From an uncultured Candidatus Saccharibacteria bacterium (GTDB lineage Bacteria; Patescibacteriota; Minisyncoccia; Phycocordibacterales; SBAW01): DNA of 61,227 nucleotides. How positions within the stretch are numbered: the stretch's first letter is position 1; each line of letters starts with the position of its first letter. Shown here one piece after another: positions 25,604 to 34,158 of this stretch. The position numbers and the translations under genes were made by a program. The notes below the pieces were generated by a model that saw only the letters and a list, made by a program, of their open reading frames with translations, was not told where the DNA came from and did no database searches. The stretch is taken from contig CAYZZC010000003.1 of NCBI GenBank assembly GCA_964482995.1, positions 1 through 61,227 of the forward strand, given 5' to 3'.

Positions 25604-27538
25604 ATGGAAGAACAGAAAAAAACTACAGCAACAAACCAGCCTGCACCAAACAGCAAGGGTCCTCGCCCTACCCACCACCACGGCCCTCGCCCAGCAGGGG
25701 GTGCGGGGCGTCGCAGCGGAGGCGGCAAGCCATTTGGCGCGCGCACTGGCGGCAAGGGCGGACGCTTACGCCACGGAGGCCCGCGCCCACACCAAGCACA
25801 CCCACCGCGTGAGATTATTGAGAGCACCCAAAATGGCAGCGATGAGCGCCCTATCCCGCCTTTGGAGGCTGGCAACATCCGTATTATCCCGCTTGGCGGT
25901 GTAGAAGAGATCGGCAAGAACATGACTGCCGTTGAGTTTGGCGATGACATTATCGTTATCGATGCAGGGTTTCAGTTCCGCGAAGCGGAGACTCCAGGCA
26001 TCGACTACATCCTCCCCAACACCAAGTATCTTGAAGACCGCAAGGAAAAAATCCGCGGCCTATTTATCACGCATGGCCACCTCGACCATATCGGCGCTAT
26101 CCCCTACGTTATCGACCGCATAGGCTACCCGCCTATCTACACACGCACGCTCACCTCAGTGATGATAAAAAAACGCCAAGAGGAGTTCCCCAACCTCAAG
26201 CCTTTAGACATCCACGAGGTAGAAAAAAATGACACTATTAAGGCCGGGAATATCCGCGTGCGCTTCTTCTCGGTGTACCACACTATCCCAGACTCGATGG
26301 GTATTATTGTTGAGACTCCCTATGGCGACCTTGTCTTTACCGGCGACCTTAGGCTCGACCATGTCGACGGCGTACCAACCGAGGCCGAGGAAAAAGAGTT
26401 TGCTTTTTTTGCCAATCGCAAAGTGCTCTTCCTTGCCGCCGACTCTACCAACTGCGAGCGGCCGGGCTTTTCGCTCCCTGAGCGCATTGTAAAAAAGAAC
26501 CTTGACGAGATTATCGCAACCACGCCCGGCCGCCTTATTATCGGTACCTTTTCTTCTCAGCTCGAGCGGCTTATGCGCATGATCGAGCAGGCAGAGCATG
26601 TCGGCAGGAAGATTTTGATCGAAGGCCGCTCTATGAAGGTAAACATCGAGATCGTAAAACATCTTGGCCTGCTTAAGGTAAACGAGAAAACCTTTATCGA
26701 TTCTAACCAGCTTGAAGGTCTGCCCGACAACAAGGTGGCCATACTTGCAACCGGCGCCCAAGGCGACGAGTTTGCTGCGCTCATGCGTATCGCCATGAAG
26801 ACGCATAAATACGTCAAGATAAAAAAGAACGATACGGTGGTGCTCTCCTCTTCGATCGTTCCTGGCAACGAGCGGAGTGTGCAGAAACTCAAAGACAACC
26901 TTTCGCGCCAAGGTGCTCGTATCATCCACCGCGACACTATGGACGTCCACGCCTCAGGCCACGCTAACCGTGATGAGACTTTTTGGATCCACTCCAAAAT
27001 CAACCCGCGCTTCTTTATGCCGATGCACGGCTACCACTACATGCTCCGCGTGCATGCAGATATCGCCAAGGCGGTCGGCCGCAGCGAAGACGAGATTATC
27101 ATCCCCGACAATGGCGCGGTGATAGAGATCCGCGAAGAAGGTACAAAAATTGTCCGGCTTAAAGAGTCGGCTCCAAACAGCCTACGGCTAGTAGATGGTT
27201 TTGCTATCGGCGATATCCAAGAGGTAGTGATCCGCGACAGAAACGTGCTCGCACAGGAGGGTATGTTTGTCATTATTGCCACCGTTAACCCACGCACAGG
27301 CAAGCTCCGTAAGTCGCCCGACATTATCTCCCGCGGCTTTGTCTACCTCAGAGAGTCGCAAGAGTTGCTCCAACAGGCGCGTATTATTGTAAAAAAGACG
27401 ATCGAAGACAGCGCGCAGGGCCAGCAGCCGGTCAACTTCGACTTTGTTAAAAACAACGTTACTGACGCTGTGGCTCGCTTCCTATTTGAAAAAACAAACA
27501 AAAGACCGATCGTTATCCCCGTCGTTTTGGGTGTCTAG
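25604..27538 (+). CDS. rnj: Ribonuclease J with a ~85-aa Gly/Arg/Pro/His-rich N-terminal extension
   Basis: IIPLGGVEEIGKNMT, ITHGHLDHIG metallo-beta-lactamase motif, and beta-CASP and C-terminal domains. Confidence 0.9.
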   Translation: MEEQKKTTATNQPAPNSKGPRPTHHHGPRPAGGAGRRSGGGKPFGARTGGKGGRLRHGGPRPHQAHPPREIIESTQNGSDERPIPPLEAGNIRIIPLGGVEEIGKNMTAVEFGDDIIVIDAGFQFREAETPGIDYILPNTKYLEDRKEKIRGLFITHGHLDHIGAIPYVIDRIGYPPIYTRTLTSVMIKKRQEEFPNLKPLDIHEVEKNDTIKAGNIRVRFFSVYHTIPDSMGIIVETPYGDLVFTGDLRLDHVDGVPTEAEEKEFAFFANRKVLFLAADSTNCERPGFSLPERIVKKNLDEIIATTPGRLIIGTFSSQLERLMRMIEQAEHVGRKILIEGRSMKVNIEIVKHLGLLKVNEKTFIDSNQLEGLPDNKVAILATGAQGDEFAALMRIAMKTHKYVKIKKNDTVVLSSSIVPGNERSVQKLKDNLSRQGARIIHRDTMDVHASGHANRDETFWIHSKINPRFFMPMHGYHYMLRVHADIAKAVGRSEDEIIIPDNGAVIEIREEGTKIVRLKESAPNSLRLVDGFAIGDIQEVVIRDRNVLAQEGMFVIIATVNPRTGKLRKSPDIISRGFVYLRESQELLQQARIIVKKTIEDSAQGQQPVNFDFVKNNVTDAVARFLFEKTNKRPIVIPVVLGV

Positions 27539-27600
27539 GGTTGACCGATGTTTGCATAGCGCGTACAAAGTAGATAGGACGCGAGCAAGGAGTGCAGAAA

Positions 27601-27792
27601 ATGAAAAAGGTGTTGTGCACATGCCCCGGGTGTGACGCTAAGCAACCCGCGACAAAAAACAAAGAAGGGCGAGTAACATTATGCGACCACCAGCTTCCTG
27701 ACGGCACCGCCAAATGCCACGGGAGCGGCATATCTGTCGTTATCGAGAAGTCTTTTGTGAAAAGCTTCTTCGAAATGTTCGCGTCACAATGA
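27601..27792 (+). CDS. Hypothetical 63-aa Cys-rich (zinc-ribbon-like) protein
   Basis: AAGGAG RBS 9 nt upstream. MKKVLCTCPGCDAKQ...CDHQLPDGTAKCHGSG. An intrinsic terminator lies downstream. Confidence 0.5.
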   Translation: MKKVLCTCPGCDAKQPATKNKEGRVTLCDHQLPDGTAKCHGSGISVVIEKSFVKSFFEMFASQ

Positions 27793-27852
27793 GTACCTTC
27801 CATTTTGCAAAGAGACCATCCGCTCTTTTTGCAATTGGGCCAGCGCCGCCCC

Positions 27853-27884
27853 AATCTCCCCCTCACTTTGGGGGAGATTTTTTG
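27853..27884 (+). terminator. Intrinsic terminator
   Basis: AATCTCCCCC-tcacttt-GGGGGAGATT followed by TTTT. Confidence 0.75.
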
Positions 27885-27893
27885 TAGTGCATA

Positions 27894-27920
27894 GCAAAAA
27901 GCCCCCGAAGGGGCTTTTGT
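27894..27920 (-). terminator. Intrinsic terminator for the RRM-protein gene (bidirectional shape)
   Basis: AAAAAGCCCC-cgaa-GGGGCTTTT, flanked by A-run and T-run. Confidence 0.7.
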
Positions 27921-27937
27921 GCTACTTGCCTTAAAGC

Positions 27938-28189
27938 TTACGCTTTAGGGCGAGCATCGGAGACCGTGAGAGAACGACCGTCGAACTCCTTACCGTTCCA
28001 CATTTCTATGGCGGCAGTAGCTCCGGAATCATCTGCCATCTCTACGAAGCCAAAGCCTCGAGAGCGGCCAGTTTCCCGGTCGGTCACGATGGACGCGGAT
28101 GCTACTTCTCCCGCCTTTGAAAATGCGTCTTTCAACTCATCTCCTGTAGTGCGGTACGGAAGTCCACCTACGAACAGTTTACGTGCCAT
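27938..28189 (-). CDS. RNA-binding protein with one RRM domain
   Basis: RNP-2 KLFVGGL and RNP-1 RGFGFVEM motifs. 83 aa. Confidence 0.9.
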   Translation of the reverse strand: MARKLFVGGLPYRTTGDELKDAFSKAGEVASASIVTDRETGRSRGFGFVEMADDSGATAAIEMWNGKEFDGRSLTVSDARPKA

Positions 28190-28305
28190 ATGCGCGAATC
28201 ACTTGTGTGATTTAACTAATCTTTCGCGTAAGGCGACCCTCCTACTTGGCTCCCATTAATATAAAAGGGGCAACCGGAGAACTTACTGCGAACGCCCCTA
28301 ACGTA

Positions 28306-29010
28306 TCATAAGGAGGAGAGGCGCGCAACCACGACCAAACGCTTTTCGTACGAGCGGGCCTGCGCACTCCAGTCGCCATCGCAAGTGATAAGCACAAGGC
28401 GGGCTGGCCCTGTCGTGGCAAATATCTCCTCAAGCGGCGCGTCTAAACGTGGGTAATTGTTGATCTTTTCTACGATAAAAGCGAGCTGTTTCCCCTCTGC
28501 ATCGAACACTTTTACTGTATCGCCGATTTTGATCTGGTTGAGGTGCTCAAATACTCCTGCTAAACCAAGTGCGTTGTTGACATGTCCGGCGAGCACCGCG
28601 TTCCCCGCTTCCCCAGGCTTAGGCCCATCCTTGTACCATGCAGTGGTATAAAAAGTGCTTGGTGTCGCCATCGAACCGTCGGTTTTTTTACCCACCGGCT
28701 CTACTTTTGCGTCAATCTGGAGAGGCGCAACCACAAGACGCACAGGTGTTAGGGGTGTTGGTGCAACGTTTGGAACTATGCTACCAGCGAGGCTCGGGTC
28801 GAGCAGCAACATTGCCGGTGCAAAGGCAACCAAAGAAGCGTTTTCGCCAAACATATTTTTTGAGAGCCGCGCAGAGACGTCTGCCCCACCGACCACCACG
28901 GCCAAAAAACCGAGTGCGATAATCACCTTGCGTAACCAATGTGATGGTTCTCTTTTTGCCACAAGTATCCCCGACCTAGCGGAGGACAGTAGTAAATGAT
29001 TTTCTGACAT
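28306..29010 (-). CDS. Sortase (class E/F-like)
   Basis: N-terminal TM, VLAGHVN (catalytic His), LVLITCDG (TLxTC Cys), and a downstream Arg. Start set at MSENH (29010), overlapping the upstream gene by 35 nt. Confidence 0.8.
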   Translation of the reverse strand: MSENHLLLSSARSGILVAKREPSHWLRKVIIALGFLAVVVGGADVSARLSKNMFGENASLVAFAPAMLLLDPSLAGSIVPNVAPTPLTPVRLVVAPLQIDAKVEPVGKKTDGSMATPSTFYTTAWYKDGPKPGEAGNAVLAGHVNNALGLAGVFEHLNQIKIGDTVKVFDAEGKQLAFIVEKINNYPRLDAPLEEIFATTGPARLVLITCDGDWSAQARSYEKRLVVVARLSSL

Positions 29011-29689
29011 ATGGGAAGAAGGCGACAAATAGAACGAAGGCAAGTGCGAGTGAGAAAGCGAGTGCCGACTTCGACATTGGCTCGTAGCCAGTATTAGGGA
29101 GCGAAGGCGTATATTTAGCAACGTAGACTACCGGCTCAACTACTGGTGCAACAACCGGTTGATACACTACCGGCTGCTGGTATTGATAGTTGTATGGGTA
29201 CTGATAGTGCGGTGGGTAGTGCGGGTAGTTGTACGAGTACATGCTGGTGAGCGTTACATAACAGACTTTTGTCTCGTTTGCCGCGAGCGAGCCGGTGCAG
29301 CCAGAGGAGTATGTTGGAGTATATTCTACCTGGTTATATACCGACACCGAGTATGAGCCAGCTAGGCGTATTGTGGTGCCGTTTTGTGAGCCGGTAAAAT
29401 ACCGCTGCGAAGGGCTTGCTCCTGAAACGTAGAAGGTAAAGTCGGAGGGCCCACGGTACCCGCCATATTGGTTATTGACCTGTACATACACAGTGAGAGA
29501 GCCCTGCGCGTTGCAGTCGTACCCATAGTTATTGTAAGCACCGTATCCACCACAGTTGTAGGGGTAAGAGTAGTTATTGTACCCGTCGTAATAATACTGA
29601 GCGGAGGCAGATGCTGGGATAAATGAAACTGCAAGTAGAAATACTACAGACACAGACAGACCGAGAGCACATCGTTTTAATAGATGCAT
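28976..29689 (-). CDS. Secreted Tyr/Asn/Gly-rich protein with C-terminal LPNTG sorting signal
   Basis: Signal peptide, LPNTG followed by a hydrophobic stretch and basic tail (FPYVRKSF). Directly upstream of the sortase. Confidence 0.75.
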   Translation of the reverse strand: MHLLKRCALGLSVSVVFLLAVSFIPASASAQYYYDGYNNYSYPYNCGGYGAYNNYGYDCNAQGSLTVYVQVNNQYGGYRGPSDFTFYVSGASPSQRYFTGSQNGTTIRLAGSYSVSVYNQVEYTPTYSSGCTGSLAANETKVCYVTLTSMYSYNYPHYPPHYQYPYNYQYQQPVVYQPVVAPVVEPVVYVAKYTPSLPNTGYEPMSKSALAFSLALAFVLFVAFFPYVRKSFTTVLR

Positions 29690-29762
29690 AGTATTTAAAT
29701 AAGTTTATAAAAGAGGCGAGAACTGCCCATATAATACGCCTCCAATACTACAACGCAAGAGC

Positions 29763-30476
29763 CTAAATACCAGCAAGGCGGGCGGCAAAAAAGAGCGTTG
29801 CTGCACCGGCGATAGTCATCGCAGTAGTCCACAAGGTTGGGTGTGCGTGGTGGCTTTCTGGTATAAGGTCTGAAGCGCCAATATACAAAAAGAAGCCAGC
29901 AAAAAGCGCAAGTAAGAGCCCGAGGCTTTGGTCGGAGACACTAAAAAACATAGAGACCAGGATACCCAGAGCTGGGGCGAGGGCGTCTACAAAAAGCCAC
30001 TTTAGGGCGCGAGCACGGCTTCCTGTATTTTTTATAATCATACCAACGGTGTTTATGCCGTCAGAAAAGTCGTGCGTAAGTACTGCTACCGCAACCACAA
30101 TACCAACTACAGGAGAGACCTGAAACGCCAACCCGATACCGATACCGTCTAAGAAACTATGTACCGACAAAGAGGATGCACCGATAGTCCCCCGATGTGT
30201 ATGCGCGTTCTCGTTTCCATGGTTATGAATCAAGACTAAGCGGTCGAGCCCTAAGTATGCCAAAAACCCTAAGGCTGTAACGGTCAATATAGTTGAAGCG
30301 CCGTAATAACCGCCACCGAGCTCAAGTGCCTCTGGGATAAGGTCGAAGAACGCGACACCGATAATAGCCCCGGCACTAAAGCCTAAGATAAGATGCAGTT
30401 TGTCTTTGAGCTTAAGCGCAAGTAACCCGCCCACATAGGTAGAAACAAACGCGGCACAAGCGACAAGCGGCAACAT
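29763..30476 (-). CDS. ZIP family metal transporter (ZupT-like)
   Basis: Eight TM segments, with HSFLDGIGIG and HDFSDGI motifs. Confidence 0.85.
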   Translation of the reverse strand: MLPLVACAAFVSTYVGGLLALKLKDKLHLILGFSAGAIIGVAFFDLIPEALELGGGYYGASTILTVTALGFLAYLGLDRLVLIHNHGNENAHTHRGTIGASSLSVHSFLDGIGIGLAFQVSPVVGIVVAVAVLTHDFSDGINTVGMIIKNTGSRARALKWLFVDALAPALGILVSMFFSVSDQSLGLLLALFAGFFLYIGASDLIPESHHAHPTLWTTAMTIAGAATLFFAARLAGI

Positions 30477-30485
30477 ATATACGTA

Positions 30486-31322
30486 TTACGGAGTGGCTGC
30501 CGGAGAAGCCGGAGCAGGAGTGTTTATTTTAAGCGTGCGGAGCCCTTTGATTATTGTCTCTGCGTCTTTACGCGCGTCGTTTAGGTCCTTTTGTGCTGCA
30601 ACAATCTCTGCGCGAGCTGCCTTAAGCGCGTCGGTATTTGCCTTCATCTTTGCTGCGTCCCCTTCATCTGGTGCAAGTGTTGCAGAACCAATGACAGCCG
30701 CCTGGGCGTGCGTTTGTGCGCTCTTGAGCTTGGCTTCCATGTCAGTCAGGGCCGCGGCAAGTGCGGTTATATCCGCTCCTTTTTGCTGCGCATCATTGAG
30801 GCGAGCTTGGAGTTTTGTACCAAGACCTATAAACATGTTGATAAGAGTAGCCTCGCGGTCTGCAGCTGCGGCGATACGCGCTTGCGGCATCAACAATACA
30901 AACACACGGTGTGTTTGAGTGATAGATTTTATATCCGCCTTAAGTGTCGCACCATCGGTATCGCCCTCAATTTTAGTCTTAAGCGCAGTGAGCAGATTGA
31001 TCTGGTTTTGTACGTTGGTTGTGAGATTTTGTTTAAACTCTGGAGATATTTTGCTCATACCACCGATGCGAGCCACCAGTTCGTTGAGCGCGTTGATGCG
31101 GCGGTCGATCTCTTTGTTTGCCTTTTCTTTAGCGCGGGTCATAACCGCGGCGCTGAGAGCACCGGCAGGTGCTGCAGTGCTTGTAACATTGGTTGCGCCG
31201 GCGGCACTGCCAGCACTGCCTGCAGCACTACCCGCCTGTGCGAGCACTAATGATGGTGCAAGGAGAGAAAGCGCGAGAGCCCCGGCAACAGTACGACGAG
31301 CGAGAGAAGAATGGGTAATCAT
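30486..31322 (-). CDS. Hypothetical secreted Ala-rich coiled-coil protein
   Basis: Signal peptide ...LVLAQA, followed by long helical repeats. Three overlapping plus-strand ORFs were judged to be compositional artefacts. Confidence 0.55.
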   Translation of the reverse strand: MITHSSLARRTVAGALALSLLAPSLVLAQAGSAAGSAGSAAGATNVTSTAAPAGALSAAVMTRAKEKANKEIDRRINALNELVARIGGMSKISPEFKQNLTTNVQNQINLLTALKTKIEGDTDGATLKADIKSITQTHRVFVLLMPQARIAAAADREATLINMFIGLGTKLQARLNDAQQKGADITALAAALTDMEAKLKSAQTHAQAAVIGSATLAPDEGDAAKMKANTDALKAARAEIVAAQKDLNDARKDAETIIKGLRTLKINTPAPASPAATP

Positions 31323-31324
31323 AA

Positions 31325-31624
31325 TTAAAATTCTTGGGTTACAGGCTTATCATTGAGGCTGTTGCTAAGGTTTGTGGCGTCAGTACCAAGAGATGCCAGC
31401 TGGGCATCTACCGCCGCAGAGTCTTGGGCGATCGCTGTGTCGGACGCATCGTTTGTTGGTGTTGGCAAGTCGCTCACCGGAGCTGGTGTCTCTGTAGTCT
31501 CTTGAGAGGTAGTTGCAGGAGGAGTTGTTTGTGCTTTTGGTAGAAATTGCGCGACCATGCCGCTCCACCAAAGCCCCGCTCCAATAATCACAACCACTAC
31601 GAGCCCAATAATCCATTTAATCAT
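31325..31624 (-). CDS. Hypothetical small membrane-anchored Thr/Pro-rich protein
   Basis: N-terminal TM IIGLVVVVIIGAGLWW. The stop abuts the start of the next gene. Confidence 0.5.
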   Translation of the reverse strand: MIKWIIGLVVVVIIGAGLWWSGMVAQFLPKAQTTPPATTSQETTETPAPVSDLPTPTNDASDTAIAQDSAAVDAQLASLGTDATNLSNSLNDKPVTQEF

Positions 31625-31713
31625 ATCAATATGCCCTTACTTAGTAAGTTGCTGCGCTACTTAAACAGTATACCCCCTATTTTTTGAGGAGCAACAAAAG
31701 CCTAGTATTGTTT

Positions 31714-32133
31714 TTATAACAAATTGTGTTCGCCAAACTCCAAACACACCGAGTTAAGACAATATCGTTTGCCAGTCCTGGTTGGGCCGTCGTCAAACAT
31801 ATGCCCCAAGTGCGAGCCGCATTGCGCACACACCACCTCGGTGCGGTGCATACCATAAGAGTTGTCCGCCTTAAACTCAACCGCGCCTGGGAGCGCTTGG
31901 TCGAAAGAGGGCCAGCCGGTATCAGACTCAAATTTGGCATTTGAGGCAAAGAGCGGGTTGTCGCACGCAGAGCAAGTGTAGACGCCATCGCGCTTTTCTT
32001 GCAGTAGCTTGCCAGTAAAGGGTGGCTCGGTCCCCCTTTCGCGCAACACTTTGTATTGCAAGGGAGTGAGCTTCTCCTTCCACTCGTTTTCTGATTGAGG
32101 TATGTCGTTTTTTTTACGGTGTTTTTGGCTCAT
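31714..32133 (-). CDS. msrB: Peptide-methionine (R)-S-oxide reductase MsrB
   Basis: Two CxxC zinc motifs (CSACDNPLF, CAQCGSHLGH) and the RYCLNS catalytic Cys region. Start set at MSQKHRKK. Confidence 0.9.
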   Translation of the reverse strand: MSQKHRKKNDIPQSENEWKEKLTPLQYKVLRERGTEPPFTGKLLQEKRDGVYTCSACDNPLFASNAKFESDTGWPSFDQALPGAVEFKADNSYGMHRTEVVCAQCGSHLGHMFDDGPTRTGKRYCLNSVCLEFGEHNLL

Positions 32134-32167
32134 GTACGTATGCCTTAGGAGTATGTGCGTTTTATAA

Positions 32168-32830
32168 CTATTCATAAACGACTTCGGTTAGCTCGGCATG
32201 AGGGTTGGGTATGACACACAGCACTTTGCCGGCGATTTTAAAGTCTTCTCTAAGTACTATCGGCTTATATTTAGGGTTTTTGGACTCCGGATACAGGATA
32301 GTGACGCCGTTTTTGCGCTCGTAGCGCTTGACTGTAACCATGTCGCCAACAATAGCTGCCACGCGGTCGCCATTTTGTGCCTCGTCTGTAAAGCGGATAA
32401 GCACATAGTCGCCCTGGTTGATACCTGCGTCTTGCATCGAGTCTCCCACAGCCCGTACAGCTACGATCCCGCTCTCGCCACCGCGAGAGCCGCTCGCGAT
32501 TGTGCGGTCTACCTCTAAAAACTCGTCGCGCTCCTCTTGTGCAAAAAGGCTGAGGTCGTCGCAGCCAACATTAGCGATAACCGGGATGCTTACCATAGAG
32601 TCTGATCCGTTTTCTGCACCGCGTAGCTCTATATTGCGTTTGGCATTCTTGCGGCGCACGATGTAGCCCTTGCGCTCAAGCACCTCGAGATATTGGGTAA
32701 CGGTGCGGAGCGACTTTAATTTAAGAACCTTGCGCAGCTCGTCGAGTGTTGGAGACCCGCCACTGATATGTATCTGCTTTTTTAATGCGGTGTACACACG
32801 CTGCTGTTTTGTAGTGAGAGGAGTGTTCAT
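32168..32830 (-). CDS. lexA: LexA repressor
   Basis: Winged-helix N-domain (SPTLDELRKVLKLKSLRTVTQYLEVLERKGYI) and S24 peptidase C-domain (VRAVGDSMQDAGI...VKR). Start set at MNTPLTTKQ. Confidence 0.85.
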   Translation of the reverse strand: MNTPLTTKQQRVYTALKKQIHISGGSPTLDELRKVLKLKSLRTVTQYLEVLERKGYIVRRKNAKRNIELRGAENGSDSMVSIPVIANVGCDDLSLFAQEERDEFLEVDRTIASGSRGGESGIVAVRAVGDSMQDAGINQGDYVLIRFTDEAQNGDRVAAIVGDMVTVKRYERKNGVTILYPESKNPKYKPIVLREDFKIAGKVLCVIPNPHAELTEVVYE

Positions 32831-32901
32831 ACACAGACAATAACATATATTTAGCAGTACAATACACAAGATACACAAATTGTGGGGATAACTTTTCTTA
32901 C

Positions 32902-32920
32902 ACAAACATGCTATGTTTGT
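32902..32920. promoter_or_regulatory. Perfect 8-3-8 palindrome in the lexA/metK divergent region (candidate LexA operator)
   Basis: ACAAACAT-GCT-ATGTTTGT. It resembles the GAAC-N4-GTTC SOS-box half sites but with wider spacing. Confidence 0.35.
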
Positions 32921-32940
32921 AAATGACAATTGAATAGTGC

Positions 32941-33075
32941 GTATCCAGAGTGCGGCGAGAGATTTGGCTCTACGACCCGCCAGCAACCCCGCCGACGGCG
33001 GGGTGCTCCCAACCCTCTTTGAGGGAGCGATGCAGAAAAACATCTCCCCTTTTGCGGGAGATTGTTTTTTATTTT
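32941..33075 (+). promoter_or_regulatory. SAM-I riboswitch with terminator expression platform, upstream of metK
   Basis: P1 GUAUC/GAUGC; P2 GCGG..GAGAGAUUUGGCUC..CCGC; CAGCAACC; P3 CCCGCC-GAC-GGCGGG; GGUGCUCCCAACC; P4 CCCUC-UUUG-AGGG. Then terminator ATCTCCC..GGGAGAT plus a T-run (33042..33075). Confidence 0.75.
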
Positions 33076-33105
33076 GGGCGATTATTATTTTATTTTCTTC
33101 ATCAC

Positions 33106-34158
33106 ATGTTTAACCTGCTCCACTACTACACGACAGAGTCTGTGACCGCCGGACACCCAGACAAAGTGTGCGACCAAATATCAGACGCGATACTAGACGC
33201 TGCACTCGCCGAGGACCCTAAAAGCCGTGTTGCTATCGAGGTTGTTGGCAGCCACGGCGCAATGCTTATTGCCGGCGAGATAAAAACAAACGCGAATATT
33301 GATTTTGAAAAAATCGCGAGAAAGGTCTATACCGATATCGGCTACGAGGACAACTTGGAGATCGCGGTTAGAGTTGCTAAGCAGTCGAGCGACATCGCAC
33401 AAGGTGTCGACACAGGAGGCGCTGGCGACCAGGGCATCATGTATGGCTACGCGACCGACGAGACAAAAGAATTCTTGCCGCTTGGCGTTGTCTATGCTCA
33501 TGCGCTTGCAAGAAAGCTGGAGGAGCTCCGCAGAAACGGTACACTCCCCTGGCTACGGCCCGACGGCAAAACGCAGGTTACGATAAAAGACGGCAAGGTG
33601 GTAACTGCGCTATGCAGCACCCAGCACGCAGAGGATGTATCGCTTGCAGAAATCCGCACGGCGCTTACCGAGCACTTGTTTAAAGCAGTGCTCGGCGACA
33701 TCTCAGGTGTTGAGATACTCGTTAACCCAACAGGGCGCTTTGTGCAGGGCGGATTTGACGCAGACGCAGGGCTCACCGGCCGAAAGATAATGGTCGACAC
33801 CTACTGCGGGATAGCTCCTCACGGTGGTGGCGCCTTCTCTGGTAAAGACTCAACCAAGGTAGACCGCTCGGCAGCCTACATGGCGCGCTTTGCAGCAAAA
33901 AACCTGGTCGCAAACGGTTATGCTAAAAAAGCGCTTGTCTCGGTGGCATACGCTATCGGCCGCGTAGAACCGGTCATGGTTGAGGCCTTCGACGAGAACG
34001 GTAAAGACCTTTCAGACATTGTTAACAAAAACTTCGACTTCCGCCCGCTTCAGATCATCGAGAGGCTGGGGCTCCGCAAACCAATATTCCAAAAGACTGC
34101 TGCCTACGGCCACTTTGGCGTAGCGGGCCGCCCCTGGGAGGAGATAATTAAAATCTAA
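33106..34158 (+). CDS. metK: S-adenosylmethionine synthase
   Basis: YTTESVTAGHPDKVCDQISDAILDA, GAGDQGIMYGYA, and GGGAFSGKD motifs. Confidence 0.95.
   Translation: MFNLLHYYTTESVTAGHPDKVCDQISDAILDAALAEDPKSRVAIEVVGSHGAMLIAGEIKTNANIDFEKIARKVYTDIGYEDNLEIAVRVAKQSSDIAQGVDTGGAGDQGIMYGYATDETKEFLPLGVVYAHALARKLEELRRNGTLPWLRPDGKTQVTIKDGKVVTALCSTQHAEDVSLAEIRTALTEHLFKAVLGDISGVEILVNPTGRFVQGGFDADAGLTGRKIMVDTYCGIAPHGGGAFSGKDSTKVDRSAAYMARFAAKNLVANGYAKKALVSVAYAIGRVEPVMVEAFDENGKDLSDIVNKNFDFRPLQIIERLGLRKPIFQKTAAYGHFGVAGRPWEEIIKI

Noticed and set aside
30493-31356. Three plus-strand ORFs (30493..30918, 30591..31250, 30919..31356) opposite the 278-aa minus-strand ORF
   Set aside because: The minus-strand product has a signal peptide and regular coiled-coil heptads, and it is in an operon-like arrangement with 31325..31624. 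The plus-strand products are Cys/Arg-rich or Ala/Ser-rich compositional artefacts. This is moderate confidence only.
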